A DNA stretch of 64,000 nucleotides from Guillardia theta CCMP2712 (taxonomy: Eukaryota > Protista > Cryptophyta), in contig NW_005434647.1 of assembly GCF_000315625.1 (NCBI RefSeq), positions 601,890 through 665,889 of the forward strand, in the 5' to 3' direction. The translations under genes were made by a program, and so were the position numbers. Below the pieces are notes generated by a model. It saw only the letters and a program-made list of their open reading frames with translations. It ran no database searches and was not told where the DNA came from. The number at the start of each line of letters is the position of its first letter. Position 1 is the first letter of the stretch. Below are positions 1-11,006 of this stretch, one piece after another.

Positions 1-257
1 GATCTGGCCCCGGGGGGTGGGGTTAGTCATTTCTAGCCGGTGCCTCCTTGTACAGCCGACGGGCGTGAGGAGGGGTGGGGTAATCAATGCGGCCTGGGGG
101 GTTTTAGGAGGCTCGGAGCCTGTTTGAACGCTTTGCTGAGTCGGACCAGGGGGTGGGGGTAGTGAATGGAACGGCCCACTCGGAGGGGTCCGGGAAGGAA
201 GGCAACCCCTGGCTGGGTGAGACCACAAGATGTCGGTGAGAAAAGCTGCTGCCCAGC

Positions 258-338
258 GTGAGATAGCGATGAGATGAGAGTGAGGCTCGGAGAGAGCGAT
301 GAGATGAGAGTGAGAGAGCGATGAGATGAGAGTGAGAG
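258..338. repeat. Degenerate tandem repeat of GAGCGATGAGATGAGAGTGAG, ~3 copies
   Basis: Read directly in the sequence. Confidence 0.8.
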
Positions 339-389
339 AATGCAAGTTGAAGGTGAAGCTGAAAACAGCTTTGAAACAACATTTCTTGC

Positions 390-2016
390 ATGGCTGCAGT
401 GGTTGGAAGGGATGATAATCGTGCTTTAGTACTTTCAGTATTGACTCACATAGAGATATTTGGTAGGAGTGAAAGCACGCTGCATGCTGATCGACAGGTT
501 GACATGATTTATTCGATGACGAAGTTTCGTTCTGGGAATTCATTGATACATGCACCATTCTTCATGATATTGGAAACTGTAATTCTATAACAATACACCT
601 CCCTAGAATTGTTTTTCGTTGTTATAATGATGTCTTTCTTGAGAACAAGAGTGGCTTGAAAGTGAATTTTCTCTTCTCAGGTCCAATCTGAATGATGGGA
701 ATGGAAAATGAGTCAAGGACCTGAAAGCTTTGCTGGAAAAGAAGACATGCATGTCGATTATAATCCTCGCATTGTTGAAGAGCTGTTCAGAAAGACAGGA
801 ATACTATTCAAGCTAACCACCACTCGTAAAGGGATCATCCTTACCGTGCGACAAGTGAAGGGGCACGATGACATGTACTCTCCATCTCAGAAGATCAGTA
901 TGAATGATGTATGCTTCTGATGCGTTGAGAGTTGGTGACTTTGTCGGCTGAAATGCGTTTGCAGGTGCTGTATAAGATTCACGATCAGGACGTCTGCTCT
1001 TTGACGCATTCACGCCTTGGAGAACTGTTGGACCCCTCAAAGCACGACTCTATCAGGCTCAAGTTCATCAGCACCATTCAGGTACAAAATTGTTCGTGCG
1101 CCGAACAAGCATCTGATGCTTATTTGCTTTCACCCCAGAAAAACTACGATGTTTTTGTCATCCTGGGCTCGACTTTTGATCTCCAGGAGCATCAACTTGA
1201 AATTTCTTGCAGCGACTCAACAACAAGAGATGTACGTCTTGTTGAGAGCCAGCAACGAGAGTTCACCCTGCTTGCACCAGGAAAACAACCGCCTTGTCTC
1301 CATACCCGAGGGGAAAATTCGCGGTTATAACCATAGTGGGATGGACTTTACCTCTGTGGTCAGCAAAAGACCTTCGTCGAGGTCCAACTCCTCCTCATCT
1401 ATGTCGCCAACGTCCTTGTACCAAGAGAATAGGAAACTGTCGAAAAACCTTCGGAACATGATGTAAGATGTACTAGCATGTCGTTGCAGTACTGAAGATG
1501 TTACGATTCAGGTTGTTGTACAAACTGACTATGGAAGAAACATACGAAGCCAGGAGAAATGAAGAAGAGGCTCGGTCACGAGCCCGTCTGCTTGAGAAGA
1601 GGGTTCGAGCGAGTGAAGGTGAGAACATAACCAGTCAGTGCGTGCACAAGTGACAGATCCTTTCCTCAGCGAGACTGGCTACAGTGAAGGGGGAACTTGA
1701 AAATCTACACTCACGCAGATCGCAGCAAAGTTCTCCTCGTCTATGTTCGAATGACTTTGAAGGACAAGCTTATTTCAGCCCCGAAAACTCCTTGGTTCCG
1801 CGTCTTGAAGTCATGACAGCATTGGACATCGAATCGAAAATCTTGGGGCTTGACATGAATGCAAGGAAAGAGATATTTGCCAATCGCCTAAAGGATCGAA
1901 TAGAGAAAGGATCAGCCATGTTCTTGTCAAAACAGAACAGTTTCAACATGCAAGAAATGAAGATTGCGGTTGGATTTCTCGACGAGGTTCTACCGTACGA
2001 TGATATATGCAAATGA
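390..2016 (+). CDS. Multi-exon hypothetical protein with a coiled-coil segment; start uncertain
   Basis: Successive + strand ORF fragments (708-920, 932-1330, 1017-1466, 1684-2016) are separated by short GT-AG candidates. A charged helical stretch (MEETYEARRNEEEARSRARLLEKRVRASE) lies at ~1530-1620. No family recognised. Confidence 0.5.
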
Positions 2017-2105
2017 ATTTCGTTTGCTCGACAACTAGTCTACAGGAATATGACACATCAACAAAACAATCTCTCAACACTCTCGTTGCATCGATCGATT
2101 TGGTA

Positions 2106-3745
2106 CTAGGTCGGTGAACGAGGACTCAACTCATTTGTCCACGGCGAAAGCTCCTGCTCCTTTGCTTTCGAGCCCGTCTCCTTAGCTCCTCCCTTCTTTG
2201 CCAAAGTCGGTGTCTTTGAAAAGCTCGTAGCCTCTACTCTTGCATCCAACTCTGCCGGATAAGACAGTAAAGAAGGAGTTCTCAGTTGAAAGGATCCTTC
2301 TTCTGCCGCACTTCTCTCTTCGCTGCTGCTTAGAGCAGTGCTACCATGGAGGATGCCGCTGTTAGCAGCCTTCTGAAAGGCATCGATCTGATCCTTAAGT
2401 GCTACTCCCTTTTCCTCGCGATGTGAACCTAACCCTTGTGCTCGGCCGTTCCCAACATTCCCCATAACGTTCTTATACACCGAGGTCCTGACGTTCCTGT
2501 GGCGGACTCGCAGCAGTACGGGAGAGGGAGGAAACCTGGGGATGACAAAGAGCTCGTCCATTGAGGGAGTGGATGACCTGGCTGCCTCGCTCACCCACTC
2601 GGTTGAGTCCCTGGCGTCCTGATGCCTCTTCCCCTGGAACTGGATGAAAGCTACGGGTGTTTTCCTTATGAGCCCCATTGGGTAGTCGGACTCAGCGTCT
2701 CTCAGGCTCGTCTTGGAATCTGATCTCTTGCTCGCTTGCTGGGCTGCGTTCGTCTCCTTGTCCTTGCTGTACCCGGCAGCCTTCTTTGCTGTGGAATTGC
2801 CACCTGCTCCTGCCCTCTGCTGCCTCAGAGGACGTGAAGGTCGCTGAGGAGAAGCGTTGTCTCCGTGCTTCTCCTTGTCAGGAAGAGCCTTGCCGTGTCT
2901 GCGCGCTGCGAATCCTACTGTGCTCGCCCCGATGACTGCTCCTGAGTCCGCTAGGGCGCTCATCCATTTCTCCCGCACTTCATGGCATCGCGCTTCAAAC
3001 TGAAAAGGTCTCGAGCGGGACACCTAACAAAACCGCATCGTCATGCTACAGACGGGAGGGGGCGTTCAATCACCTCTCTGGCATGCAGGAAGTCCATGCT
3101 CAAGTACAAGTCGTCCATCGCAGTGATCTTCATGTTCGGAAGGTACAACTCGTGGAATTCTGTCCCATCGAACAACCGGAAATACCCGAGGTTGTCTATC
3201 TGACAGCAGCACGGAACGCCTGTCTCTATGATCTTCAAGAAACCATAGAATCTGCATTGGTCTTCATCGTTGAGGAAGAAGGCTGCCAAAGAGCTTCGTT
3301 CATCCGTTCTCTGATCTAAAGATGCAGAAGACTCTTGATTGTTTTGATGGACTCGCTGTCTTGTTGGGGACGCCGAAGACTTGATCTCCATCGAAAAAAG
3401 ATAGCTTCTCCTTGCTGCCTTGCAAGGTTTCTTAAGGATCCAAGTGTTGAAGGTGACCTTTTGTCATCCCAAGCGCCATCCCATCCCCGGAGAGTCTTCA
3501 CAAACTGACGTTTGTCGATGGAATGACTTCCCCTCTTCTAGCCTAATTTCTCGTCCTCACCTTATGTTCTCATCTTCTTCTCTTCTCTTCCTCTCCTCTC
3601 CTCCTCTCCCTCCCTCTCCTCTCCTCTCCTCTCCTCTCGTCCTTGACTCTCTCCTCCCACAGTCCACCATGGACCAACCACCTTCACTTTTCACTAGAAG
3701 GCCCCTGGTCCTATGCGACCCCTTACGGTGCCGGGCCGCTGCCAT
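2106..3745 (-). CDS. PH-domain-like protein with a long disordered C-terminus, multi-exon
   Basis: Exon 3041-3391 (YFRLFDGTEFHELYLPNMKITAMDD) continues into 2106-3023 (RPFQFEARCHEVREKWMSAL), which resembles the PH C-terminal helix with its conserved Trp. The start is uncertain. Confidence 0.55.
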
Positions 3746-3939
3746 GAGACGAGTGAAAGGTGCCGGGCCGCAGTCCCGACCTGTCCGGGCCCGGCCGGGC
3801 GCCCTCCGGCCGTGTGGGGCGTGTGCACTAAAAATATATTGACTACAGGCACTGTAGTCAAGATAACATTTCGGATTTGGTTAAAAAAAGAGTCACGTCT
3901 CTCGAGTGCACTTATGGGGACGTGACCGCGGCCCTACGG

Positions 3940-4425
3940 GCCTGAGGGGGTGGGGTACCTGGGGTGTCAATCTAAGATAGAGGCCAAAAAGGGTCCTAAG
4001 GAGAGGTGGGAGGGGTCATGGAGGCCGTGGAACATTTTGGTGGGGTGCTTGAAAGTCAACGAGGGGGTGGGGGTACCACGTAATTGTGTACCGGAGTACC
4101 AATTCGGCTCGTAAGCCAACGTCAAAACAGAGTAGGGTAGGGGTAGGGATAGTACCCCGTCCAAATATCCATTTCTATTGATAAGTCTGCAGATAGAATG
4201 AGGGGTGGATGGCGTACAAAGGAGGGGTCCGAGGGTACTTCAGGTTGGGAACTGCCTGTTCGCGTTAATGACCAGGAGGTGTGGGTGGGTGGTCGATAAG
4301 AGGGGGTAGGGGTAGAACTTAGATATGGTAATGGTATCACAGGGGGGTGGAAAAGGGTACACTTCGGGGTATGAAGTGAGATCGGAGAGTAGGTAGGGGT
4401 ACGTAATCGTCAGGGGTAGGGGTGC
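3940..4425. promoter_or_regulatory. G-tract / GGGGTA-rich block in a divergent intergenic region
   Basis: Many GGGGTA(G/C) copies lie between the minus-strand PH gene and the plus-strand kinase. The same block type recurs 5' of other genes. Function is inferred only. Confidence 0.45.
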
Positions 4426-4936
4426 TGTTCGCATTCAATATTTTTGTTATAATTGCACAATGTTGTGAGGCTACATGGGGAGTGAGCGTGAGGAAACATG
4501 AAGGACAGCATGAAGGAGGCAAAGGGGAGGAAAGGAGAGACGAGCAGGAGAGGAGGGAGGATGCGGGGAGACTGTTGAAGCGAGTAGACGACATGGCAAG
4601 GCGAGGTAGGATAGAGAAGCTTGAGGAGCATGTGGAAGATGGTGAAGGTGTGAACGATCGGGGATCGCAAGCGATTTGGTCTAAGCGGTGTAGGGGTGGA
4701 GCGAATCCGAGGGGACGACTAGGAGGGAATAATGTATGACCGGCAGAATGCTTTTGAGAAAGTTGCGATGATGATCCCCTGCTCCTGCGTGGCATTGATG
4801 CCCGGCTTACCTCGAAGCCCCAACGAGAAAAGACGTAACTTGAACGAGGCACAGCAGTGGGATCGTGGGATTCTTTATGACACCGAAAAGATTCATTTGA
4901 ACATACTGATCTGGCTGTTCTGTAGTTTCATGGCGA

Positions 4937-6960
4937 ATGCCGGAGATGTCTCCAACAACTGCCTGTGATTTGCGCCATCCTTCCACCTCCCTCAAGCATG
5001 ATGAGCGTGCTCGAGCGAGCAGCGATGGGCGAGCTTCTTGTCTTTCTCAGATTAAGGAGGCTAAAAGTCAAAATGTTTTGTATTCCGATGAAGAAGTGAT
5101 TGAAGAGGATAGATTTCATTTGCCTGAAGGTAACGTGCGGGGTGTGCCAGCGAAACATGACGTGAAGACCCAGGAGACGTGTGTCTTCTCTGTGACGAAC
5201 AGAGGACTTGCCCCAAAAGGTGCTTGTTTTGTGCTCTATCCCATGTCAACGTGCTCAAGATTCTGTTAGGTATGAGGTTGTAGCTCCGCTAGGCAAGGGC
5301 GTTTATAGCAACGTGTACAAATGCAAAGTTGAGGATACCAACACGACAGGTAGAGGAGCAGGATGAATAAGTTGCCTCTGATGGTGTAACAGCTGCATTG
5401 AAAATATCAAGATCCGGAAAATCGTACGTTACGGCAGGTTAGTCTTTATTCCTGTTGCGCATGTCCTGATTGTTGACAACGGATGACAGCGAAACGAGAG
5501 CTACAAATCTTGAAGATATTGCGGGGTCAAAATGGTATTGTGAAGTAAGTGCGAAGTCCTGGGTGAGTTTTGGTTGATTGTGTCTGCATTGTCTGCAGGT
5601 ATCAAGACGCCTTCGAGTATCTCGGCCATGTCTGCATCGTGATGGACTTGCACGGGATCACTCTCAAGACGTACTTGAAGGAACGAGGTACCACTCAGCC
5701 TGTCGCAGGGAGTTTGTCACGGGATTGGTGTAGGACCAGTGCCAGATGCAGACCTGTTGGATATCGCTTCTCAGGTGTGTAACGTCGAGAGGAGGAGGAA
5801 GGGCGGCAAGGTCCTGAGGAGAGCCTGTCTGTTAGTTGTTTGGTGCGGTGTCTTTCATGCACTTGCGCAATGTCATACACACGGACATCAAACCCGACAA
5901 TATCGTCCTCGTGCATGACCCCTCGGTAAGGCAGGGCCTCGTCTCGTCCTCGAGTGACCTGGTCCTAGAAGGCGGCTGAAGGAGACAGGCTACGGATCAA
6001 GCTCATCGACTTTGCCTCTGCCATCGTCGACAACCAGTGGCATCCTCCTCTAGCGGGGACTCCTGTACTCCCCCTGCTGCCGGGCATGCTGTCCTCTGAC
6101 TTGGAGTGCAGGAGTACCGCGCTCCTGAGTGCGACTTGCATGCGGGTTGGTCGTTCCCCATGGACGTCTGGTCAGTCGGCTGCGTGCTGTATGAGCTGAG
6201 GAGCAAGAAGAAGCTCTACAAGGCCTGCGTGCCGTGCAACATTCGGTTCAGGATGATCGAGATCATCACAGGGAAACAGATCCCAGAGCATGTGCTGCGT
6301 GCGGCGTACAAGAGGAGGAAGAGGCATGCTGACGAGACGCTGCTGCGAGGCGAGCAGGGAGACGTCTGCCTGGCTCCACTGAGCGAAGAGGATGGCCAAG
6401 ACGCCCGCGCTCGCGCTGACGTCATCCTGTCTGTTCTCTCCGACTCTCAGGACTTCAAAGACCTCTTCCTCCGCTGCATCGAACCCGATCCTCTCCAGCG
6501 CATGAAAGCTGCTGCATTCAGGGAGCACGCGTTCTTCGAACCCCTTGGGTGGGCTTGAGTTTCCGCTCATCATCTCTTCCTCTCTTTTGTTTTCCTCTCC
6601 TCTACCGCTTCCCCCTCCTCTCCTCCTCATTTTGCTCTGCTGCCTTGCTTGTTTTCAAACTTCTTCTCTCCCTCCCTTCATCGATCATTTCGTTTCTGCG
6701 CCCCTGACTCCCTCGCTCAGACTCGCACCCGACCCAGAGGAGGCTTGTCGCCAGGTTGTCGCGTGCTGGAGCTCAACTTGCCGGCTGACGTCATGCAGGA
6801 CGACGAGGACTGTCCAGCAGAAGGCTCGGGCCCTTCAACAGCTCTGGGGCAACTCGATGGTATCTTTGACGCGGCCAAGCAGTACGTGGCGGAGGTGCTG
6901 GACGTGACGCAAGTGCAGCAAGCTGTGAAGAATCTCAGGAGCATGACGAGATGGTTGTAA
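4937..6960 (+). CDS. CMGC protein kinase, divergent CLK/LAMMER-like, about 11 exons
   Basis: Splicing short GT-AG introns (e.g. 5130-5173, 5220-5269, 5350-5392, 5438-5489, 6065-6111) gives RYEVVAPLGKGVYSNVYKC, AALKI, KRELQILK, HVCIVMDL, HTDIKPDNI, IKLIDFASA, GTPEYRAPE, GWSFPMDVWSVGC and DPLQR. A probable last exon runs ~6720-6960 after a GT donor at ~6549; otherwise the stop is at 6558. Confidence 0.9.
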
Positions 6961-7057
6961 ACTAGAAGACGATGAACTTCGTCGGGATGTTTCTTTACTG
7001 TTAGATAGAAAACGTGAATCGCGCTGGTCGTCCTCTACGTTCTCTCGGTCTCTTGAG

Positions 7058-9151
7058 TTACATGTACAAGTTCATCAGAGGCCTTAGGGCGCCCTTCTCC
7101 TCCTTCAGTAGCTGCTCGAAGAAGCTGGTTGCAGCTGATTCTGCTCAGATCCCACGTAGCCCTGCAGGTGGACCGTCAGCTCTCCGTCTCTCCCTCGTGA
7201 GCTAAGGTCGCAACCTGGCGAAGCTCTTGACCGGACGTGAGCGACGAGAGCTGGAGAGCAGCGATGTCAGTGAGCGAAAGGGAAGATAGAACGAAGAAAC
7301 GAAAGAAAAGAGGACCAGCGTTTACCTTCTCCTTTGAAGGATTCAAGAACTTCATCCACGCCTTGTCCGTCCACTGAGACCATGTCAGCGAGGACCAACT
7401 CGAGGGGAAGGAGGTAAGAAGTCGTGGAAAGGAGTTTCGCCTCACCTGTGAGCGAGGCCAGTTGTGCGCGTACACCCCATGGTCATCAGCCAAGGCAGAG
7501 AGCTGCAGCAATTCTTGTCATCCCAATAATCTTCCTCATCCTCCTCCAAATCACCTTGGCCGACTTCTCAGCAAGGCCGAGATTCCTATGCTGTGAGGAG
7601 TCAACAGGGGAGACTGACACTAGAGAAGGAGCTTACTCTGTCGTGCTCGCGGATCAAGTCCAAGACTTTCCTTCCCGGCCTGACCCGAGGGTCTTCCCAC
7701 CTACAGACAGCCTAGTTCAACAACCCTCAAGCTAATGGATCTCGCACGACTCGTACGTTGATTCTCCAGTCTTCGGGTTAAGGTAGTAGAGCTTTCCATG
7801 CTGTCTCACAGTCAGGAATCCGTCACAACCAGCCTTTAGATGCTCTACCTCGATCTTGTATGCCTGCCACGGAGACGGCATGCCCTCGACGTGAACCTAT
7901 GCAAAGTTAGCAGCCGTGAGGGTGAACATCAGCTCCTCTACCAGCGAGCCTTTGGGATTGATCCACGTGCTCTTCCTGTTCGCCTTGTTGTAGTAGTAGA
8001 CGTACTTGGTTCTGCGATCAAGATACGCACTCCAACCAGGAGGAAGCCCCTCAACGGAAACACGGGGGTTGACATCCTTCATCCTTTCGTACTTGGTTGT
8101 TCGCTTTGCGAGGTTCTGTGACGGCGAGAAAAACATTTCTGAGTCATCACCTCGCAGCAGCATTAATCGCTCTGACCTGGCGAACAACAACAGTCGTTGA
8201 CTTGCTATGCTTGCTGGCCTCCTCCGCATCCGAAGCAGCTCGCGATGCCATGTCAATCATTTTGGCAGTTCGCTCGTTTTGCTGCAGTTGGACAGTCAGT
8301 ATTGCTCACTTTCAGACACTGATCTGAGATTGCCTTCTTAAAGGAGTCCTCAACCTCGGACCTCTGCCTCCTGCTCTCTTCAAGCATCCTCTCGTTCTCC
8401 TTGTGCAGACTGTGAAGATATTTCAGCTGAGGGGCGAAAGGGACTGTCAACCCTTTACCTGTCCATGGCTTCCTTCTCCTTTGACGCATGGTCCTCAAGA
8501 GCTTTCACGGGGTCCATGATCTTCTTGACATCCTGTGCCAGGCTCTTGACCTGCAAGCACGCGCATGTCAGGGCCAAGTTGATGACCAAGAGGCAGAATC
8601 CAATGTTGCCTGCTTTGAGAGAGAAAGATAGCGAGGAAGGGAGAGAAAGGAGGGAGGAAGGGATAGATAGGGAGGGAGGGAGGGAGACCAGGGGATAACG
8701 CGGCTGAGCAAGATCAAGAGATTTGGATCACCTCGTCAGAGAGTTGGTTGATTTTCACCCTCTTGGACTGAGTGGGAAGAGAGTCGAAGTACTTGTTGAG
8801 GTCATCTTGCGCGGCTTTGGCTGACATCTCCTCCTCAGGGGGGGTCGGATGCAACCTCTTCTTGATCGCCAACGACTGCTTCTTGAAGTAGCTGTCGAGA
8901 GATGCCCTGGAAGCTTTTGCTGTCACCTTCCTCACTTCATTGGTACTCTCCTTCTTCACTCTCTCAGCCTCCGTATGGAAGTAGCTCTGCAAGTCCTTGG
9001 AAGCTTCCTCAGAAGAGAAGCCCTTCAGCTCATCTCTCCTGCTCGGCCCTCTCATGACAGCCACAATTGTCATCATAGCAAGCGCGAGCATGATCGTCGC
9101 TGCCGCAGTCGCCGCCATCCCTGCGCTTCGTCGACCCAACAGGGCCGCCAT
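7058..9151 (-). CDS. Signal-anchored coiled-coil protein with two WW domains, multi-exon
   Basis: N-terminal hydrophobic segment (AATAAATIMLALAMMTIVAV), three DLxSYF-like motifs and coiled-coil exons. WW1 is LPPGWSAYLDRRTKYVYYYNKANRKSTWINP (~7955-8050). WW2 is MPSPWQAYKIE|HGKLYYLNPKTGESTYE, split by an intron (~7750-7885). The 3' end is approximate. Confidence 0.75.
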
Positions 9152-9399
9152 CCCACCACGCCTCTTCGCTTCCTGACCCCTACCCCTACCCCTCCCCCAT
9201 CAGAAATTGATGCATTGACCCCTCTATTTCTATGGATTTTCACCTCAAATCGGGAGTCTACCATACCCCTCGTAATAACCCCTACCCCCCCCCCCCCCCC
9301 CCCCCCCCCCTAGCATTTGAGTAGTACGTCAAAGGTTACTCAAGTTCTAGCTGTGAGACTATAGTCGGTGTCGCCGATAATCAAAGTTCGATGCTGAGA

Positions 9400-10900
9400 T
9401 GTCATTCCACAGCATGATCTAGCCGAGGAAATTCTGGAGATCTGCCAGAAATTCGAAAATTTTCCTTCGAGATTCGTTCAGATCAGTGCAGTTCTCGCAT
9501 GCAACGCGGGTATTGAACATTATTTCTATGGAAGAACCTTACAGATTGTTGACAAGCTTTCACATCTGCAGTGATAAAAGTTCTGATGCATTCTGAAGCA
9601 GGCAGAAAAATGGTTGGGGATGTCATTGCAACTAGCTAAGGCTTGCATGGGGGTCTGATGCTTTCTCTTATGCTTTCCTTTATCTTGTCATTTGTCTCTC
9701 GATGTAGAGGAAATGTTCTGAATGCGGAATGTTTGTTTTCTATTTCAGCACAATTGTGAAGCTCAATCTAACGATCCTTGGCTGTGCAGACTTACGAAGA
9801 AGTCATTCAAAACAAAAAAATGATGGAAATGTAACATCGTAGAAACGAAAAGACATTTCTTGAAAATCCTCTTTTCTCGGGTTTTAGAGCCGTCGTTACT
9901 TGGCGTTGAGTTTTGCTCGCAGCTCAGCATTTTCTGATTCCAATTCCTTAATTCGCATTTCCATCTCCTGAAAACTCGTCAATGATAGAAAATATCAAAA
10001 GAATATTACCTACATTCGATCATTCGTGTTGACAGTCACAGTGAGTGTACCTTTGAGCACTACCCCACCCTGCAACAGGCTGCTGGTCTTCGCTCTCCTT
10101 CTACTCCGTGGCGGCAGCCACCTGATGCTGTGTCGTGTGAGCATCAAGAAAAACAACAGAGGCGAGTACTGATGCTGGTTCCAAAGTCACAGTTGCGCTT
10201 GTTTTCCATCCGCGAGTAGGGCATCCTCCTCCACAACGGCACTGTGAGCGACTTTTCCTCCTCCTCCATGGATCGGCTTCTCACTCTCCAACAGAACAAT
10301 CAGCTGTCAACTGTCAGGAGAGCTGATAGCCTTGCAGCTCGCACGCGGACTGCAACCTGACAAGCGGAGACTTGTGTTAAGGAGGTCAAGATTTCTTCTG
10401 CCCGAACCCCACGGGCTTCCCTAAAGCCAACTTCACCTACAATCAAGAATGCTGGATGTGCCCTGAGTACCGCACGTCCGGCCTCGTCAACCTCATTTTG
10501 ACGCAGGAAGACGCCCTGCCTCTCCCCCCTGCCTCACTCGCTGACCATGCTTGCTCCCCTCGTCTCGACCCGCAGGACCCCTGGAAGTCTCTCGACTCCG
10601 ACTCTTCCTTGAAACACTGCCAGCTCCGGGTCAGAATGAAGTTACAGTCAAGCGTCAGAGTCAAGCTTCAGTCAAGCTCTTTGGGGGATGCAGACCTCTC
10701 TGAGGGATGCGGCAAGGTGGTGATTGCTACGAGCGTTGTGAAACTGCATCGTCCACACCTTCGATGTTTTTCGCCCTTGAGACATGACAAGAGATGGGGC
10801 AAATGTACATCAGAAGCATGCGGAATACTGTTCAAGCCGAAGCGCAATTTCATATCTATTATGAATCACTGCACTAGAGCACTACCAAGAACAATGATAC
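9400..10900 (-). CDS. Possible multi-exon hypothetical gene with a short coiled coil
   Basis: A minus-strand exon EMEMRIKELESENAELRAKLNAK (~9898-9968) is flanked by AG and GT, and other minus-strand splice-like sites are present. The full structure was not resolved. Confidence 0.3.
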
Positions 10901-11006
10901 GCATTTTGGTCGAGCAGAGCACGTCAAAGCGGCATCTTGTCCCAGCCTTCCCCCTAACATAAACAAGCGTGAGTCGAACAACAAAGCAACCAGTCAAAGA
11001 ACCTCA

